Assembly (NCBI RefSeq): GCF_009914755.1
Contig: NC_060937.1
DNA: 64,000 bases
Reading direction: 5' to 3' (one strand)
Origin: the human T2T-CHM13v2.0 reference genome, Homo sapiens
Part shown: positions 1 to 19,599 of the stretch, in pieces
How positions within the stretch are numbered: the first letter of the stretch is position 1
Layout of the letters: every line of letters begins with the position of its first letter
The notes under the pieces: model-generated
What the model was told of the DNA's origin: nothing
The model's database searches: none
Seen by the model: only the letters and a program-made list of their open reading frames with translations
Program-made: the position numbers and the translations under genes

Positions 1-98
1 TAAACCTCTAAATCTGAAGTCCAATCAAGAATATTGTCATGGACAAGGGGGAAATGCTGTTGACTAGCAGCTGGAAAATCAGTTATTTGTCTTCCAGA

Positions 99-275
99 TC
101 AGTGGTTCTCAATGTTGGCTATACTTTGGAATCAACTGGCAGGCTTTAAGCATCACTGAGGATTGGGTCCCACCCCAGGATTCCGATTTAATTGGTCTGG
201 GGTGCAGCCTAGACTCTGGGAGTTTAAAATGTTCCCAAGGGATTCTGAGGTACAGCCAAGGTTGAAAACCACCAC
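99..275. mobile_element. MER5-type hAT-Charlie DNA transposon relic
   Basis: CAGTGGTTCTCAA ... TTGAAAACCAC termini and internal gatttaattggtctggggtg motif. Confidence 0.65.
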
Positions 276-398
276 GGTAGCTAAAGAACGCTACAGTTAA
301 TAAGTCATCATTATCAGCACCTTTACAACCAGCTCCTAGTTTGCTTTTTGTTCAGAAAGATGTTAGAAGTGACTAAACTATGACAGCATGACTGCTCA

Positions 399-744
<346 letters not shown>

Positions 745-983
745 TTAAGTTGTTGCTAAGCAGGTATTTCTCAGAACATTAGGCCAAGACCCCAAGGATG
801 TGTGGAAACAGAATAACAATTTGGGCTTTTTTGTTTGGTTTGTACCACAGTAGGTGGTGTGCAGTACAGCAGAAGAATCATCTACTGGTTTGTAAGGGAA
901 GGATCACAAAGCATGGACACAGAGTGTATCCAAACATAGGCAATGTGAGTGAATTTAGCACTTTTCAGAAGAACGTAGAATAG

Positions 984-1324
<341 letters not shown>

Positions 1325-2800
1325 TGATATAAGACATTTTTAACTGTTTGAATAGTGCTTTCAGAGTTCCTTCAAACATATTTCTATGTTTGTTTGCCAG
1401 AGTATAGCTCCATCTGAACCCCACTCAGTTGACCCCAAAAAGGTCACGCTGTTCTTGTGGCTACAGTACAGGGACATCATGTTGATGAGACAGGTAGGTT
1501 TCGTGGCACAGAATTGTGAAAGATAAAAGTATTTTGAAGAGCAAACCTATATCACCCTAAGTTTCTTTTGCTTTCAATAACTTAACATGACTCAATGTAG
1601 AGAGGACAAGCAAAATGCTAGAAAAGTGGTACAGTTTGTACTATGTCAGCATTAGATTTGGTGTTTAATTTAGGTTAAGACAATCCAGCAGACTTTGTCC
1701 CAAAACCTCGCATATTCACACAGAATCTGGCCATAAAAACAAAGTTGAGACCCAAATGAAAACAATGTTTTCTATTTCTTAGTTGTTTGATAGCAATGTG
1801 TTTTCTGAGGCAAAAGGACTGGGATCATCAGGCTGTTCTTCCTTTTTAGGGTGTATATAATCCAAGAAAAACGTGCTGCTGGGTTATAGAATGCTAAGGT
1901 TGAGTTTTAAACTCACTGGGAAAATAAATGTAGCAATCAAAAGTATCCTGTTGTAAATAGTAATAGGTGGATTAGCTCTTGGGTACTATCAACAACCTGT
2001 GCTTCAAACCAAATGTTTAATTCTGGCTAGAATCCTAAACTGTGTTCTAAGGAGATGACTGACACTGGTATTTTAGGAATGTTAAACAAGAATGTTCTCT
2101 GTATTGTCTTTTCTTCTTAAAAGCTACATGACCTTGAGCAAATTACTCAACTCTTCTTAAATTCATTTTCCTTTTCTGTAAAGCCTCTGCTATTTGCTTT
2201 TACATGATCTCAGGGACAAATGTGATTATTCCACATGAAAAATTATAAAGTGCTTTTTATAGTTAGTATCTAACAAGTTAACAATGGCATGCTGGATAAT
2301 CTGCACTTGCAGATAGTATTGTAGCATGCATTAGTGAGATGGTACCATTTTTAGAGATAATGTGAATGTTCCCAAGAGAGTTTAAAGATCAAAAAGAAAT
2401 TTTACATTTATTACATTATTTATCCTGATATAACCTGTGAAGAATGTTAGTTTTTCAGTTTTTAAAGATGACACAAGCAGCTCAGAATTATTGTGCAATA
2501 ATTAATATGCACACACATATTTACATATTGTACAGTAATTAATATGCGCACACATATTTACGTACGTATTTATTGGGCTACTGCTATGTGTCAGCCATTT
2601 TTAAGCATTTTCACCTATGTTATGTTAGTTCCAAAAGCAGGCTTCAAATCTAACTCATTAAACTCTCTAATGTTCTCTTTACTAGCTAACTCTCTATTTT
2701 ATCATATTGGGCATTTTAAAGGAGACACTATCCAGCAAAAAAGTGAGAATTAAAATATATAGTAACATCATACACAAGGCTCCCATAGGTATATGGATGA

Positions 2801-3124
<324 letters not shown>

Positions 3125-3146
3125 AAAATATTCTTTATACATACAC

Positions 3147-3647
3147 AGTGCTGAGGCTCCGAAGCCCATACTCCAAAATATGGCGCTTTAACATGCTGAA
3201 CTGAAGAAGCCTCAAGGTCTCTCTGACCTTCCCCACTACCGCATACTGTCTCTCCTAAAGCACAGAATGAAGTTGAAGTTCCTTTATCTGCCTAAGATCC
3301 AGACCATCCCAAAAGAACAATTGTTTCTTTTTTTCCCCTCCCTGTAAGACCAAGATACAACCAAACCTGAATAAACCCTTTCACAAAACGATGTAATCTC
3401 TGTTCCCTGATCCATTCCTTCTCCCTGGTAATCCCCTCAACAGAATTCCTCTTTTTCCCCCTCCCATAACTTGTTTTGCCAACACGGTGTATGAACTTCT
3501 GAATCCCTGTTGGGGGATGAGTAATCACTTTGTGGTTCTCCCTATGTACAGCTTAAAAAATTCCTGTGCCTTTTCTTGAATTACTCTGCCTTTTGTGAGT
3601 TGAATTTTTAGTGAACCTTTAGAGGGCAAAGGGGAAGTTTCCCTACA
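3147..3647 (+). mobile_element. ERV1 solo LTR, MER39-like
   Basis: ccaaaatatggcgctttaacatgctgaactgaagaagcctcaagg start motif; ends TTCCCTACA. Confidence 0.6.
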
Positions 3648-3759
3648 ATAGGAATACATTATTATAAATCTCTTTCAGATGACTTTTTAGAATTTTCAAG
3701 TTCAGAAAATTGCATACCTAAGAAGCTGATGTTAATGCAAGCAAACAAAGGATTGATAT

Positions 3760-4599
<840 letters not shown>

Positions 4600-5060
4600 G
4601 TATTAGTTTCTTAGGGCTGCCATAGCCAAGTACTACAAACTGGGTGGCTTAGAACAACAGAAATTTATTCTCTCACAGTTCTGGAGGCTAGAAGTTCAAA
4701 ATCAAGGTGTTTGCAGGGTTGGTTCCTTCCTTCCAGGAGGATATGAGGGAGAATCTGTTCCATGCTTGTCTTTCCGCTGCGGATGTTTGTCAGAAATATT
4801 TTGGCATTCCTTGGCTTGCAGCTGCCTCACAGCCATCTCTGCCTCTACCATCATGTGGCTTTATTCCCCATGTATCTGTGTATCTTCAAATCTCCCTCTC
4901 CTTTCAAGGACACAAGTTCACCCTAATCCAGTATGACCCCATCTTAACTTGATTACATCTGCACAGGCCCCATTTCCAAATGACATCACATTCACAGGTA
5001 CCAGGGGTAGGTTTTCACAGGTTTTCAACATTTCTTTTGGGAAGGCACAATTCAACACAC
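4600..5060 (-). mobile_element. MLT1 (MaLR) LTR
   Basis: gtattagtttcttagggctgcc...ctcacagttctggaggctagaagttcaaaatcaagg hallmark. Confidence 0.8.
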
Positions 5061-5069
5061 AGAGGGTTT

Positions 5070-6800
<1,731 letters not shown>

Positions 6801-6811
6801 AAGTATAGATA

Positions 6812-7397
6812 GTATGGTAGACAGAATTCTAAAAGCGGATTTCCTGAGATTCTTGTCTCCTGGTTATTCAATCAAACATTAAATTAGGTACTGTAGTGAA
6901 GGGATTTTTGCAGGTGTGATTACAGTCCCAAATCATTTGACCATAAGATGAGATTATTCAGGTAACCCTGGTCAATTCAGGTGAATCTTTTAAAAGCACA
7001 GAGTTTCCGCCAGCTGGGAGCAGAAGGGAAGTCAGTTAGATTTGCAGCGTAAGAAAGTTTGATGTCCTGTTGCTGGCTAGACGATGGGATTAGAGAAATG
7101 TGATGAGGAATACAGGTGGTCTCAGAGCTGAAGACAACAAGATAACAGAAACCTCAGTCCTACAAATGCAGGGAACTAAATTCCGCCAACAATGGCTTTG
7201 AAGGCAGATTCTTTCCTAGAGACCCCAGACAAAGGCCAGCCTGACTGATACCTTGATTTGGGCCTTGTGATGCCCTGTGCCTAGAACCCAGCTGAGCCCT
7301 CTTGGACTTCTGACCTACTGTGAGCTAATAAATGTGTGTTGTTTTAAGCTACCAAGTTTGTGGTAATTTGTTACATCAGCAATAGAAAACCAATACA
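6812..7397 (+). mobile_element. MLT1D/E-type MaLR LTR
   Basis: tggtagacagaattct start; aataaatgtgtgttgttttaagc...aatagaaaaccaataca end. Confidence 0.8.
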
Positions 7398-7892
7398 GAT
7401 AGATATTGATATAAAACTATAAATTTACACCAATTCTAATCCAATGCCACTGAGCTTTTCTAGTTTTCCCTTTTTCATATCTGTACCTCCAAAAATTAAT
7501 AACCTGATTCCCACTATCTTCAAGATATTTACTTATTTGCTCAATCTCCTCATATGTAAACAACCTCTTTACCATGTGGATCATCTCCTTGGCCTTGGCC
7601 CCACAGCACACAGTGGTTGTACTGGTTAAGTGCCCCTCAATCCCGATCCTATCACATATAGTAAATCTTACTGTTTGAGATGGCTCCCAACCAGACCTTA
7701 TCACTCACAGGGCCTATGCCAGCTAAGTTGCCCCGGGTCTATGGACCCATGGATGATTTATATTTATGTATATTTTACTTTATTTAGCATCATTTCAGGT
7801 ATGTACCACTTCCTACTCTAACAACATTATCACTTCCATTAATATGAAAAGGATTTTCTAAGTCCCCATTGTTCTAAGAATTGTATTAGATA

Positions 7893-8870
<978 letters not shown>

Positions 8871-9058
8871 CCATTTTTTAATGTGGTTAAGTATAGAAGA
8901 ATTAGGATCCTGAATGGATAGCTGAACTTTTACTTTGCCTGACACTTTTCTTCAAAATCTGATAGACTGTCTCATCTGGTTTTTTTTTTTGTTTTTTCTT
9001 TTAACGCCACTCAATGATCTCTCATGTCATTTTGAGATGTTTTTGTAAACAAACATAC

Positions 9059-10370
9059 TGTGATATAAAAAACATATATTTAGTCTTTGTCTCAGTCCAT
9101 TTTCTGCTGCTGTAACAGAATGCCACAGAGTAGGTATATTTATGAAGAAAAGTAGTTTATTTGGCTCCTTGTTCTGGAGGCTGGGAAGTCCACGACTATG
9201 CATGGTGTCAATATCTGATGAGGACCTTCTTGCATCATAGCATGGTGAAAGATGTCACATGGTGAGGAAGCATGCACACAAGAGAAAGAATTGGGGCTAA
9301 ATGTATCTATTTATCAGGAGCCCACTCCCATGATAATGGCATTAATCCTCTCATAATCTAATCACCCCTTAAAGGCCTCATTCCCAATACCATTACATTG
9401 GCAATTACATTTCAACATGAGATTTGGAGGGGACATGCAAATCATAGCAGTCTTCATCCACAGTTCCTGGCACAGAGCTCCTAAAATCCTTAGAATTCCT
9501 GAGTGATAGGAGTGACAGGAGCATCTTTTATTACTCACAAGAAGCTCCTTTCAACCATACCATATTATAAACATAACATAAATCATATCAAACATATGAC
9601 ATAAACCATATCAAACATATAACATAAACTATATCATAAACATACTGAGTTTATGATAATAAGGTGACTCTTAGATAATGGAAACTAATTGTCAGGGAAG
9701 CCAACCATGTGTTTAGGGAGTTGGCACTTATAGCCCCACCCCCTAACCTTCAGGGAGGGGAGAAGGGCTGGAAATTGAGTTCAATCACCAATGGCTAATG
9801 TTTTAATCAAGCATGCATATGTAATAGAACTTCCTATTACTATTTTGTAATTAAAAAACCCTTACGTTTATTAAAATGTAAACCCTAAACAACAGGATTT
9901 GAAAAGTTTCTGGGCTGGTGAACATGTTGAGATGATGAGAGGATGGGGTGCCCGGAGAGGGCATAGAAGCTCTGTGCACCCCTCCTCCTGATACCTTGTC
10001 TTGCGCATCTCTCCCATGTGGCTGTTTATAATAGTTATATCCTTTATAATAAACTAGTAGTAATAAATAAAATGTTTCACTGAGTTCTGTGAGCCATTAC
10101 AGAAAATCCTTGTACCTGAGGAGAGGGTCATGGGAACCTCTGATTTATAGCCAGTCAGTCAGAAGTACAGGTGGAAACCTGGGACTCGCAATTGGCATCT
10201 GAAGTGGGGGCAGTGTCATGGGACAAAGCCCGTAACCTGTGGGGTCTGCAGTAATTACAGGGTAGTTAGTGTCAGAACTGAATTGTAGGACACACACTTG
10301 GTTTCCAGGAGGGTGAAGAATTGGTTGGTATGAGAAAAAACCCCACACATTTGGTATAAAAAGTGTCGTG
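9059..10370 (+). mobile_element. MER21C-like LTR with nested MST LTR (9088-9449, minus strand, TSD GTCTT)
   Basis: MER21 motifs (cctggcacagagctcctaaaatcc; cccacacatttgg) resume after the MaLR; 5-bp TSD visible. Confidence 0.75.
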
Positions 10371-11152
10371 TGGGTAGCCAGAAATGGTTTTTCCTTTTAC
10401 AGCCCATGTGTTTATTAGGAACATACTTTCTACACATTTCTTCTCTTTTTAGGACAGAGAGAGAAGAGGGAAGAGCTGAATTTGAAAAAATGTAAAACAT
10501 AATAAATTTTAATTATAATAGGTAATACTCAGAACTTGTTTTGCTGTCTAGTAGAAAAAGCCCTCCTCTCTCAACTATAAATATGGCTGAGAGACAAGGA
10601 CAAAATAATTATATATTCACCTCCATCTTTCAATAAAGGCAGAAAGAGCTTTCCATTTCAAATTTGTTTTGTTTTGTACCACATGTGGGTTAATTAGATA
10701 AAACCATGTCATGTGCCAGATTCAATCAGCCTGAAAATAATCAGAAAACCGAGTTTGGCATTGTTTATGCTGTTTTGGCTCAGCTAGACAAAAGCACAAA
10801 ATGTAAATTGGCTCCAGAAAGCAACATATGTGTACTGGTGCCAGCTTTTCTTTCATGGGATTATCTCTAGCTGGCACCTGAGCAGCAGAGGCTGCTCTGG
10901 GTGACCATTAGACAAATCTACATGATGTAGATACCCATTTTCCTCGATTAGACAGTGGACACCATCATGACGGGGACTTATTTTACTGCTTTGACATAGG
11001 CCAAAACTAGCTTGCCAACTATTGGCTGTCAGTCAACTGAAAATACAAGTTAAGGTTAAAAAATGAACCCACATTTTTGTTTGGCATATCCCCTTGTGGC
11101 TTCCTTTAAGCTCATTTCTTGATTTTTAATTGGTTGTAAGATTAAAAATAAA

Positions 11153-11584
<432 letters not shown>

Positions 11585-11974
11585 CTACCTTAAGGTGGTT
11601 TTTTAGTGTTTCAAGGGATAAATATTTTAGCAAGTATTCAAGCAATCACAGAGTGAGAAATAGTCATTTCAAAGACCTAATCATCTGACTGATGATGATA
11701 AGCTCTGCATGAGTTGGTTTTCTCTTCTCTTTTTGCTGTATAAACTATTCGACATTACTACACAGAAAAATAGCATTATATGTTGTTCTTTTTATACTTT
11801 TTTTAAAAGAATACTTTCTAGAATATTCTAGAATGTGGGATGGGTGGTGATCATTGTCTCTAGTATGAATTAAACTCTTCTTGCTTAGGTCACCAGTGAT
11901 CACCTAGTTGCAAATCTTATGGGAGCATTTTATCCTTACTTGACTTATCTGTGAGCCCCTGGCATTTCTCACTA

Positions 11975-12170
11975 TTTTTTTTTTTTTTTTTTTTGAGACG
12001 GAGTCTCACTCTGTCACCCAGGCTGGAGTGCAGCGGCCAATTTTTGTATTTTTAGTAGAGATGGGGTTTCACCGTGTTGGTCAGGCTGATCTCGAACTCC
12101 TGACCTCATGAGCCACCTGCCTCAGCCTCCCAAAGTGCTAGGATTACAGGCGTGAGCCATCATGCCCGGC
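11975..12170 (-). mobile_element. Alu with internal deletion
   Basis: Most of the right arm is missing. Confidence 0.85.
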
Positions 12171-12635
12171 TCTATTTCGTTTTTTAAAAACTTACTTTGT
12201 TTCCATGACCCCACTCTCTCCTGGCTTCTTCTATCTTTTTGGCTTTTTATTTGTGGTTTCTGTCACCTCCTCCCCTCTCCTTCCACTGTCCATTCCTTGA
12301 GTCTTGGTGTCCTTAGAGCGTAATCTTCACTTTCTTTTCTTACTCTGTATATTTTTCCTAGCTCAGTAGTTGCCAATGAAAGAAATCTAAGAATCACCTT
12401 GGATCCTCCCCTTTCCTTATCTCTCCTATTTGTTCAATCCCAAATCATCTTGACTATCCCTTTATCATCGAGTTCACTCCTTGGATCAGTTAGAATGCTG
12501 TGGTTACAAACACAGAAAACCCAACTAAAACTTGGCTTAAAAATAAGGCAATGATTTTCTCAACAAGTTAATATATTTAAAAAGGTGGAGAAAGGGAATT
12601 TTTAAAATAAAATAGGACTAATATGACATAATGAT

Positions 12636-13031
12636 TGTCTTCGTCTAGTTTTTGTTGCTATAAAAGAATACTACAGACTGGATAATTTGTAAAGAAGAGA
12701 GCTTTATTTCTTACAGTTCTGGAAGTTGGGGAGTTGAAGGGCATATGGTGCTGGTGTCTGGTGAGGGCCTTTGGGCTGCATCATCCCGTTGTGGAAAAGT
12801 GGAAGGGCAAGTAAGCACATGCAAAAGACAAAAGCAGGAGGGGCGGAGCTTGCTTTGTAACAACTCACTGTAGCAACAACTAACCCTGTCCCATGATAAT
12901 GGCATTACCCCACTTACGAGGAAGGAGCCCTCATTACCTAAACACCTCCTATTAGGCCTCAACTCCCAACACTGTTGCATTCAGTATTAAGTTTCAACAC
13001 GAGTTTTGGAGGGGACATTCAAACTACAGCA
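12636..13031 (-). mobile_element. MST (MaLR) LTR
   Basis: cagttctggaagttggg...ggggacattcaaactacagca. Confidence 0.8.
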
Positions 13032-13567
13032 ACCATCTACCGCTATGTGTGGACTTTGTTTAGATCTGACGTAAACAAAGCAGCTATTTAAAAGTTTTCT
13101 GTAACAATGAAATTTGGATATTAGATGACACAAAAGGTGATCACTAATTTTTATTAGATGTCACAATGGTGCAGCTATGTCAGAAGATGTCCATATTTGG
13201 GAGGAATGTATACTGAAATGTCCAGAGTGAAATTTCTTGATGCGTTTTAAATACTTAATCAGAAAAAGGAAAATAAATGAAGAATTGTGACAGAATCTTG
13301 ACAATTGTTGAATCTGGTTTTGGGAGATATGAGGGTTCATTATACTATTCTTTCTACTTCTTCAATGCTTGCAATTTTAAATACAAAATTTAAAAAATTA
13401 TAATAAAGGAAATTTTTACTCTCATAACTAAAAAGTTTAGAAACGGGGTAGACATCAAGTGAAGATTCATATAGTCAACAATATCATCAAGGACTCAGTT
13501 TCTTTTTAATTTCCTCATGACTTTCAATGGTGTTTGCTTCATCCTAAGGCCATCTCTTCTCATGGTA

Positions 13568-13695
13568 TAGGGACCATATATCCTGGTTTGCTAGACAGTC
13601 TCAGTTATATCTATTGTCCTAACATAATTATTTATAGCACTATCTTTCTTTCAAATGTGACCTCGTTTTGGATGATAAATTAAATGTTAACCCTA
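13568..13695. mobile_element. MER94-like hAT MITE inside an old MLT1 relic
   Basis: TAGGG...CCATATATCCTGGTTTG ... ACCCTA termini. Confidence 0.6.
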
Positions 13696-14610
13696 GTTTA
13701 TGGTTGTCAAATGACTGCCAACTACAATTAGTGCTTCACACTTCTCTGTTCATGTCCAGCTAAAGAGAGAAGCTGCTGTCCCAGAAATAACCAACAAACC
13801 TTTTCTATAATCCCAATGTCCCAGAAGGGCAAAGTGTCCATCCATGAAACAGACATCATGGCTAGAGTGATGGGATGCATCAGTTGGCTTAGGTCAATCA
13901 GGGGCCACCCTGAGAATAGGGGACAAAGTCAATAGGTGGGTCCATGGTAGGTGGGGCCAAGAGGGATTAAATGTGGAGAAGAATCCAGTTAAAGCCACTA
14001 TACTCCTCCTTGCCATATCTTCTGCCAGTGCCCTAGTTTAGGGCTCAGCCTCTCTTAGACTATTGCAATAACTTTTTAGCTGATCTCCCTCCTTTTGCTT
14101 TGGCCTATCACTACGTTGCTGCCACAATGATCTTCTTAGTATGTAAATCTGATCATGTCACTGCCAGATTCAACATTTTTTGATGTCCTGCTTTTACCTA
14201 TGAGATAAAGTCTAAATGCCTCTGCTTATTATATAAAGCTGTTCAATACTTGGCCTTTGTCTAGTTATCTGTCCACCCTCATCCATCTTCAGTCGTTTCT
14301 TTATACTTTAAACTTCAGCAAAACTGAATGACTTTAGTATTGTTTACATACAAGGCTTTCTCACACATTGTTTCCCCAAGTCTGCCTCATATTTATCAGT
14401 TCAGCAAATTTGTTTTCATCCCCCCATTGTCATCTTGATGCTGGCTTCTCCGACTCCTTCCTTGAACATTTCAGGCCCGTTTTTGGTGCCCACTGCACTT
14501 TGTCATACAGTAAAGCCAGCCTCTTTTCTGACCAGACCAGGCTAGTGGTTGGTGGGTTAATTGAAAAACCAATTAAAATCTGAGATCACAACAATATACA
14601 TATTTTAACC

Positions 14611-15222
<612 letters not shown>

Positions 15223-17559
15223 CACTTTAACCATTTTTTTTTTTACAAAATATATAAATTACTGTTTCTCAACCTTTTTTTTCTTCATTATCTCCACCCA
15301 AAAGTTTTTTTTTTGACTTTTCTTCTAATACACTCCCTCTACCCACATGAAATTTTAGTGTCACAACAGACACACTGTATGTGTACTCTATGTACATCCG
15401 CAGGGCTGCAGGGCCAAGGCCTTTTATTTGGATGTGGGTCCTCTGGTTCAGTTCTGCCTTGGATTTCTTCCACACTGGTAATCCATCCTCTATGATTCCT
15501 AATTTGAGTTTGTTTAAAATGAAGGTGGAGCAAGACATTTTAAAAGCAAACAGTACAGAATCATAGTCAGTGTTTGTGATTCTCTTCCCATGCTCACCAT
15601 TCAACAGCTTTTTAAAAATAACCTGTTTTATCAAATATTTCCAAGGCATTTAATTTCATTTTCATGAAAACAACTATTTCCTCTCCCACAATTATATTTT
15701 ATCACTATGCGATGTTAGTCAGATTTTGTAATTTCAAAGACAAGACAATTGGTTGGGGATCAACACAACTGCTGGGGGAAGGAGGCAGAGCTAGTGAGAG
15801 AAAATACACAAGGAAATAAATCGGTGAAAGAGGTAACATAAAGAAAATAGTAACTAACAATTTTGTAGAAGTTACTAAGTATCAAGCACTGTTCTAGGAG
15901 CTTTTCAAAAGTGAACTCATTTAATCCCTACAAGAGAGGTGCTATTATTATCACCTACTTTACTAATGAGGAAACTGAGGCACAGAGAGGTCAATTGTCT
16001 TTGTTAAAATTCCTTTCAAACAATAAATTTTTAGAACATTTTCCACTGAGATGTTTCGAAGACATACTACCAATGCAATCTGCCTTTCTTTTACAAAGTC
16101 TATTGAACATAATGTAATCTGTCTTTGAAGTGGCGTAACTAATAAAAGTAGGCCAATGAAAATTTAATGTGGCCTCCCTTTTGGGTTTCACAAAAATATT
16201 TTTCTTTGTTCTCAAGAAGCTAGAAAATTGAGTTTAACTAAATCAGGAAGAGATCCTTGTGGGGGAGAGGAAAGGACTTCATGGCCCTTTTTTCCATCCT
16301 TTCTTTGCTGAGGAGGGTGAATTTACCAAAGAACCAAAGGCTGGGAACTAAGTAATCTTTGTGGATGAGATTTTTCTTTAAAATTGGCTACATCTGCAAG
16401 AGCGGATGCCTGAGGCAGCAGTGGAATGAGGTCAGTCGAGTCTACAAGCAGCCAGCTATCTGATCTCAATAGTTTGGGGTCTGAGCTGACATGCAACCCT
16501 GCTGAGTCCACCTCACCTCCACCTTGCTATATTCTCCCCTTTCCACTTCTTCTATTCCCCCTTTTCCTGGCTTCTGCTCTGAAAGCTTCTCTCCAGTTCC
16601 TGAGCAGGGGCAGTAGCTGCCCTAACAGGAGCTGAAGCTAAGCTGGGTCTTGCTCTAATTGTTCATTTGTTTCAGGCCAGCAGCCTGTTACTGCTAGGGC
16701 TCAGCCACTAGAATACTCCAAACTCCAAGGAATCAGAGACCTTATTTGTATGTTTGACTGTATAGGTCCAATGCCTAGCATAGTTCTTCATATCTAACAG
16801 ATACTCAATAAGTATTTACTGAATAAATAAATGAATGGAAGAATGACCTGTAGGCCTTGATCCAATTCATTTGCTTAGTTTACTAGTGTCCTTCATAGTC
16901 GTGGATCCGTTTAACAAAAATTAATTTCTGTAATGAGATTATTTCTGTGAAGAGTCCTGGAATATTTTTTACCCAGTCCTATAAATCAGTGTTTTTCGTT
17001 TCCTTCCATTTGTTTCCAGTTGAAATTTCTGGCATTTCCTCTCTTCCATCTAAAGAAATGTTACCCATTCTTTACCTCATCTCAATGGCTAAGCCTTCAC
17101 TAAACCTCTCTGATGACCCCTGTTAAAAGTGGCCATTCCCTCCTGTAAAGTCCAAGAGCACTATGGTTGTAATTCTTTTCATAAGTGCATTATACAAGTT
17201 GCTTCCATATCCTGTCGTTTTCTTTTTTATCCCTATGTAAATGAAAAGTTCTCTGAAAAGGAATTTAGAGGAGAGAGACTATCCCAATAAACAGTTTGCA
17301 AACCTGAGAGCCACAGATTTCAGTGTAAAAGGAAGGTTTGGCTCTATTTTAAGTTAGTCCTAGTTAGCCACTTGGGATCCATCTTGAAGGATTGGTTCTT
17401 TGAGGTTTATATTTGTTTGCACAACTTCCCTGAGTCAGAATGTTGGACAAATGTTATTCTCCTTTTACAGGTAATTTGGAGAGGTTAATGGATATGTTCA
17501 GTTATACAAGCCCAGAAAATAATGGAGGTACACTAGAACTCAGATGTCTTCCTTATTCC

Positions 17560-18597
<1,038 letters not shown>

Positions 18598-18928
18598 TTC
18601 CCAGTCCAGTTCTCTTTATACTGCTATGCAATGCATGTGCTCATGTTCTGGTATGTACTATTATTCTGTGTCAGTGTTATCTTCCCTACAAGATTGTAAA
18701 TTTCTAGGACCTAACTTCTTAGACATGCTAATAATATTAACTAAGTGAACAAATTAATAGACCCTCAAAACTTTAAATTCAGGAATAGAAAAAAAATAAA
18801 GCTTTTTCTTCCTGTCAGCTGATTTTGCAAAGGGTATAAGGAGCCAAAGAGCTGCCACGTTGGTACAGAAGTTGGAAAACACCATACGCTTCAACTGCTG
18901 GTTAATTTTTGCTCTAAAAACTTGATGG

Positions 18929-19460
18929 AGGCCAGGCGCGGTGACTCACGCCTGTAATCTCAGCACTTTGGGAGGCTGAAGCGGGCGGATCACCTGAGGT
19001 CAGGAGTTTGAGACCAGCCTGGCCAACATGGTGAAACCTCGTCTCTACTAAAAATACACAAATTAGCCAGGTGTGGTGGCACGTGCCTTTAATCCCAGGT
19101 ACTCGGGAGGCAGAGGGTGCAGTGAGCCAGAGATTGCGCCACTGCACTCAGCCTGGGCAACAGAGCGAGACTCCATCTCAAAAAAAAAAAAAAAGCTTAA
19201 TAATAAAATGGGCTTTTATATATACAAATCAGCACAAACTCATTTGAGGGAGAGTAAGATTTACCTACTTGCTCACAACTTTTTTTCCCCTGCCTCAGGC
19301 TCCTGAGTAGCTGGGATTACAGGGACGCACCACCACACCCAGCTAATCTTTGTATTTTTAGTAGAGACGAGGTTTCACCATGTCGGCCAAGCTGGTGTGA
19401 TCCACCCGCCTCGGTCTCCCAAAGTGCTGGGATTACAGCGTGAGCCACCGCACCCGGCCA
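18929..19460. mobile_element. Inverted Alu pair just upstream of the promoter (+ 18929-19194, - partial 19280-19460)
   Basis: Alu motifs in opposite orientations. Confidence 0.9.
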
Positions 19461-19599
19461 CAACTTTCTTCTGTGTAATTTCACCTTAAATACAGCCATT
19501 TACTTGGGGGTGGAGTAAGCAAATTGCCTCTTTAATTTCTCTCCCGGGGTGGTAGAACTGTGGCATTAAACAGAAGTGCGAACAGAAGTTGAGAGTGGG

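Noticed and set aside
2489-2562. 37-bp two-copy tandem repeat
   Set aside because: Ordinary slippage duplication; no spacers, so not CRISPR-like
17455-17476. ctccttttacag|gtaatt recursive-like motif
   Set aside because: Lies upstream of the promoter, outside the DNAJC15 transcript
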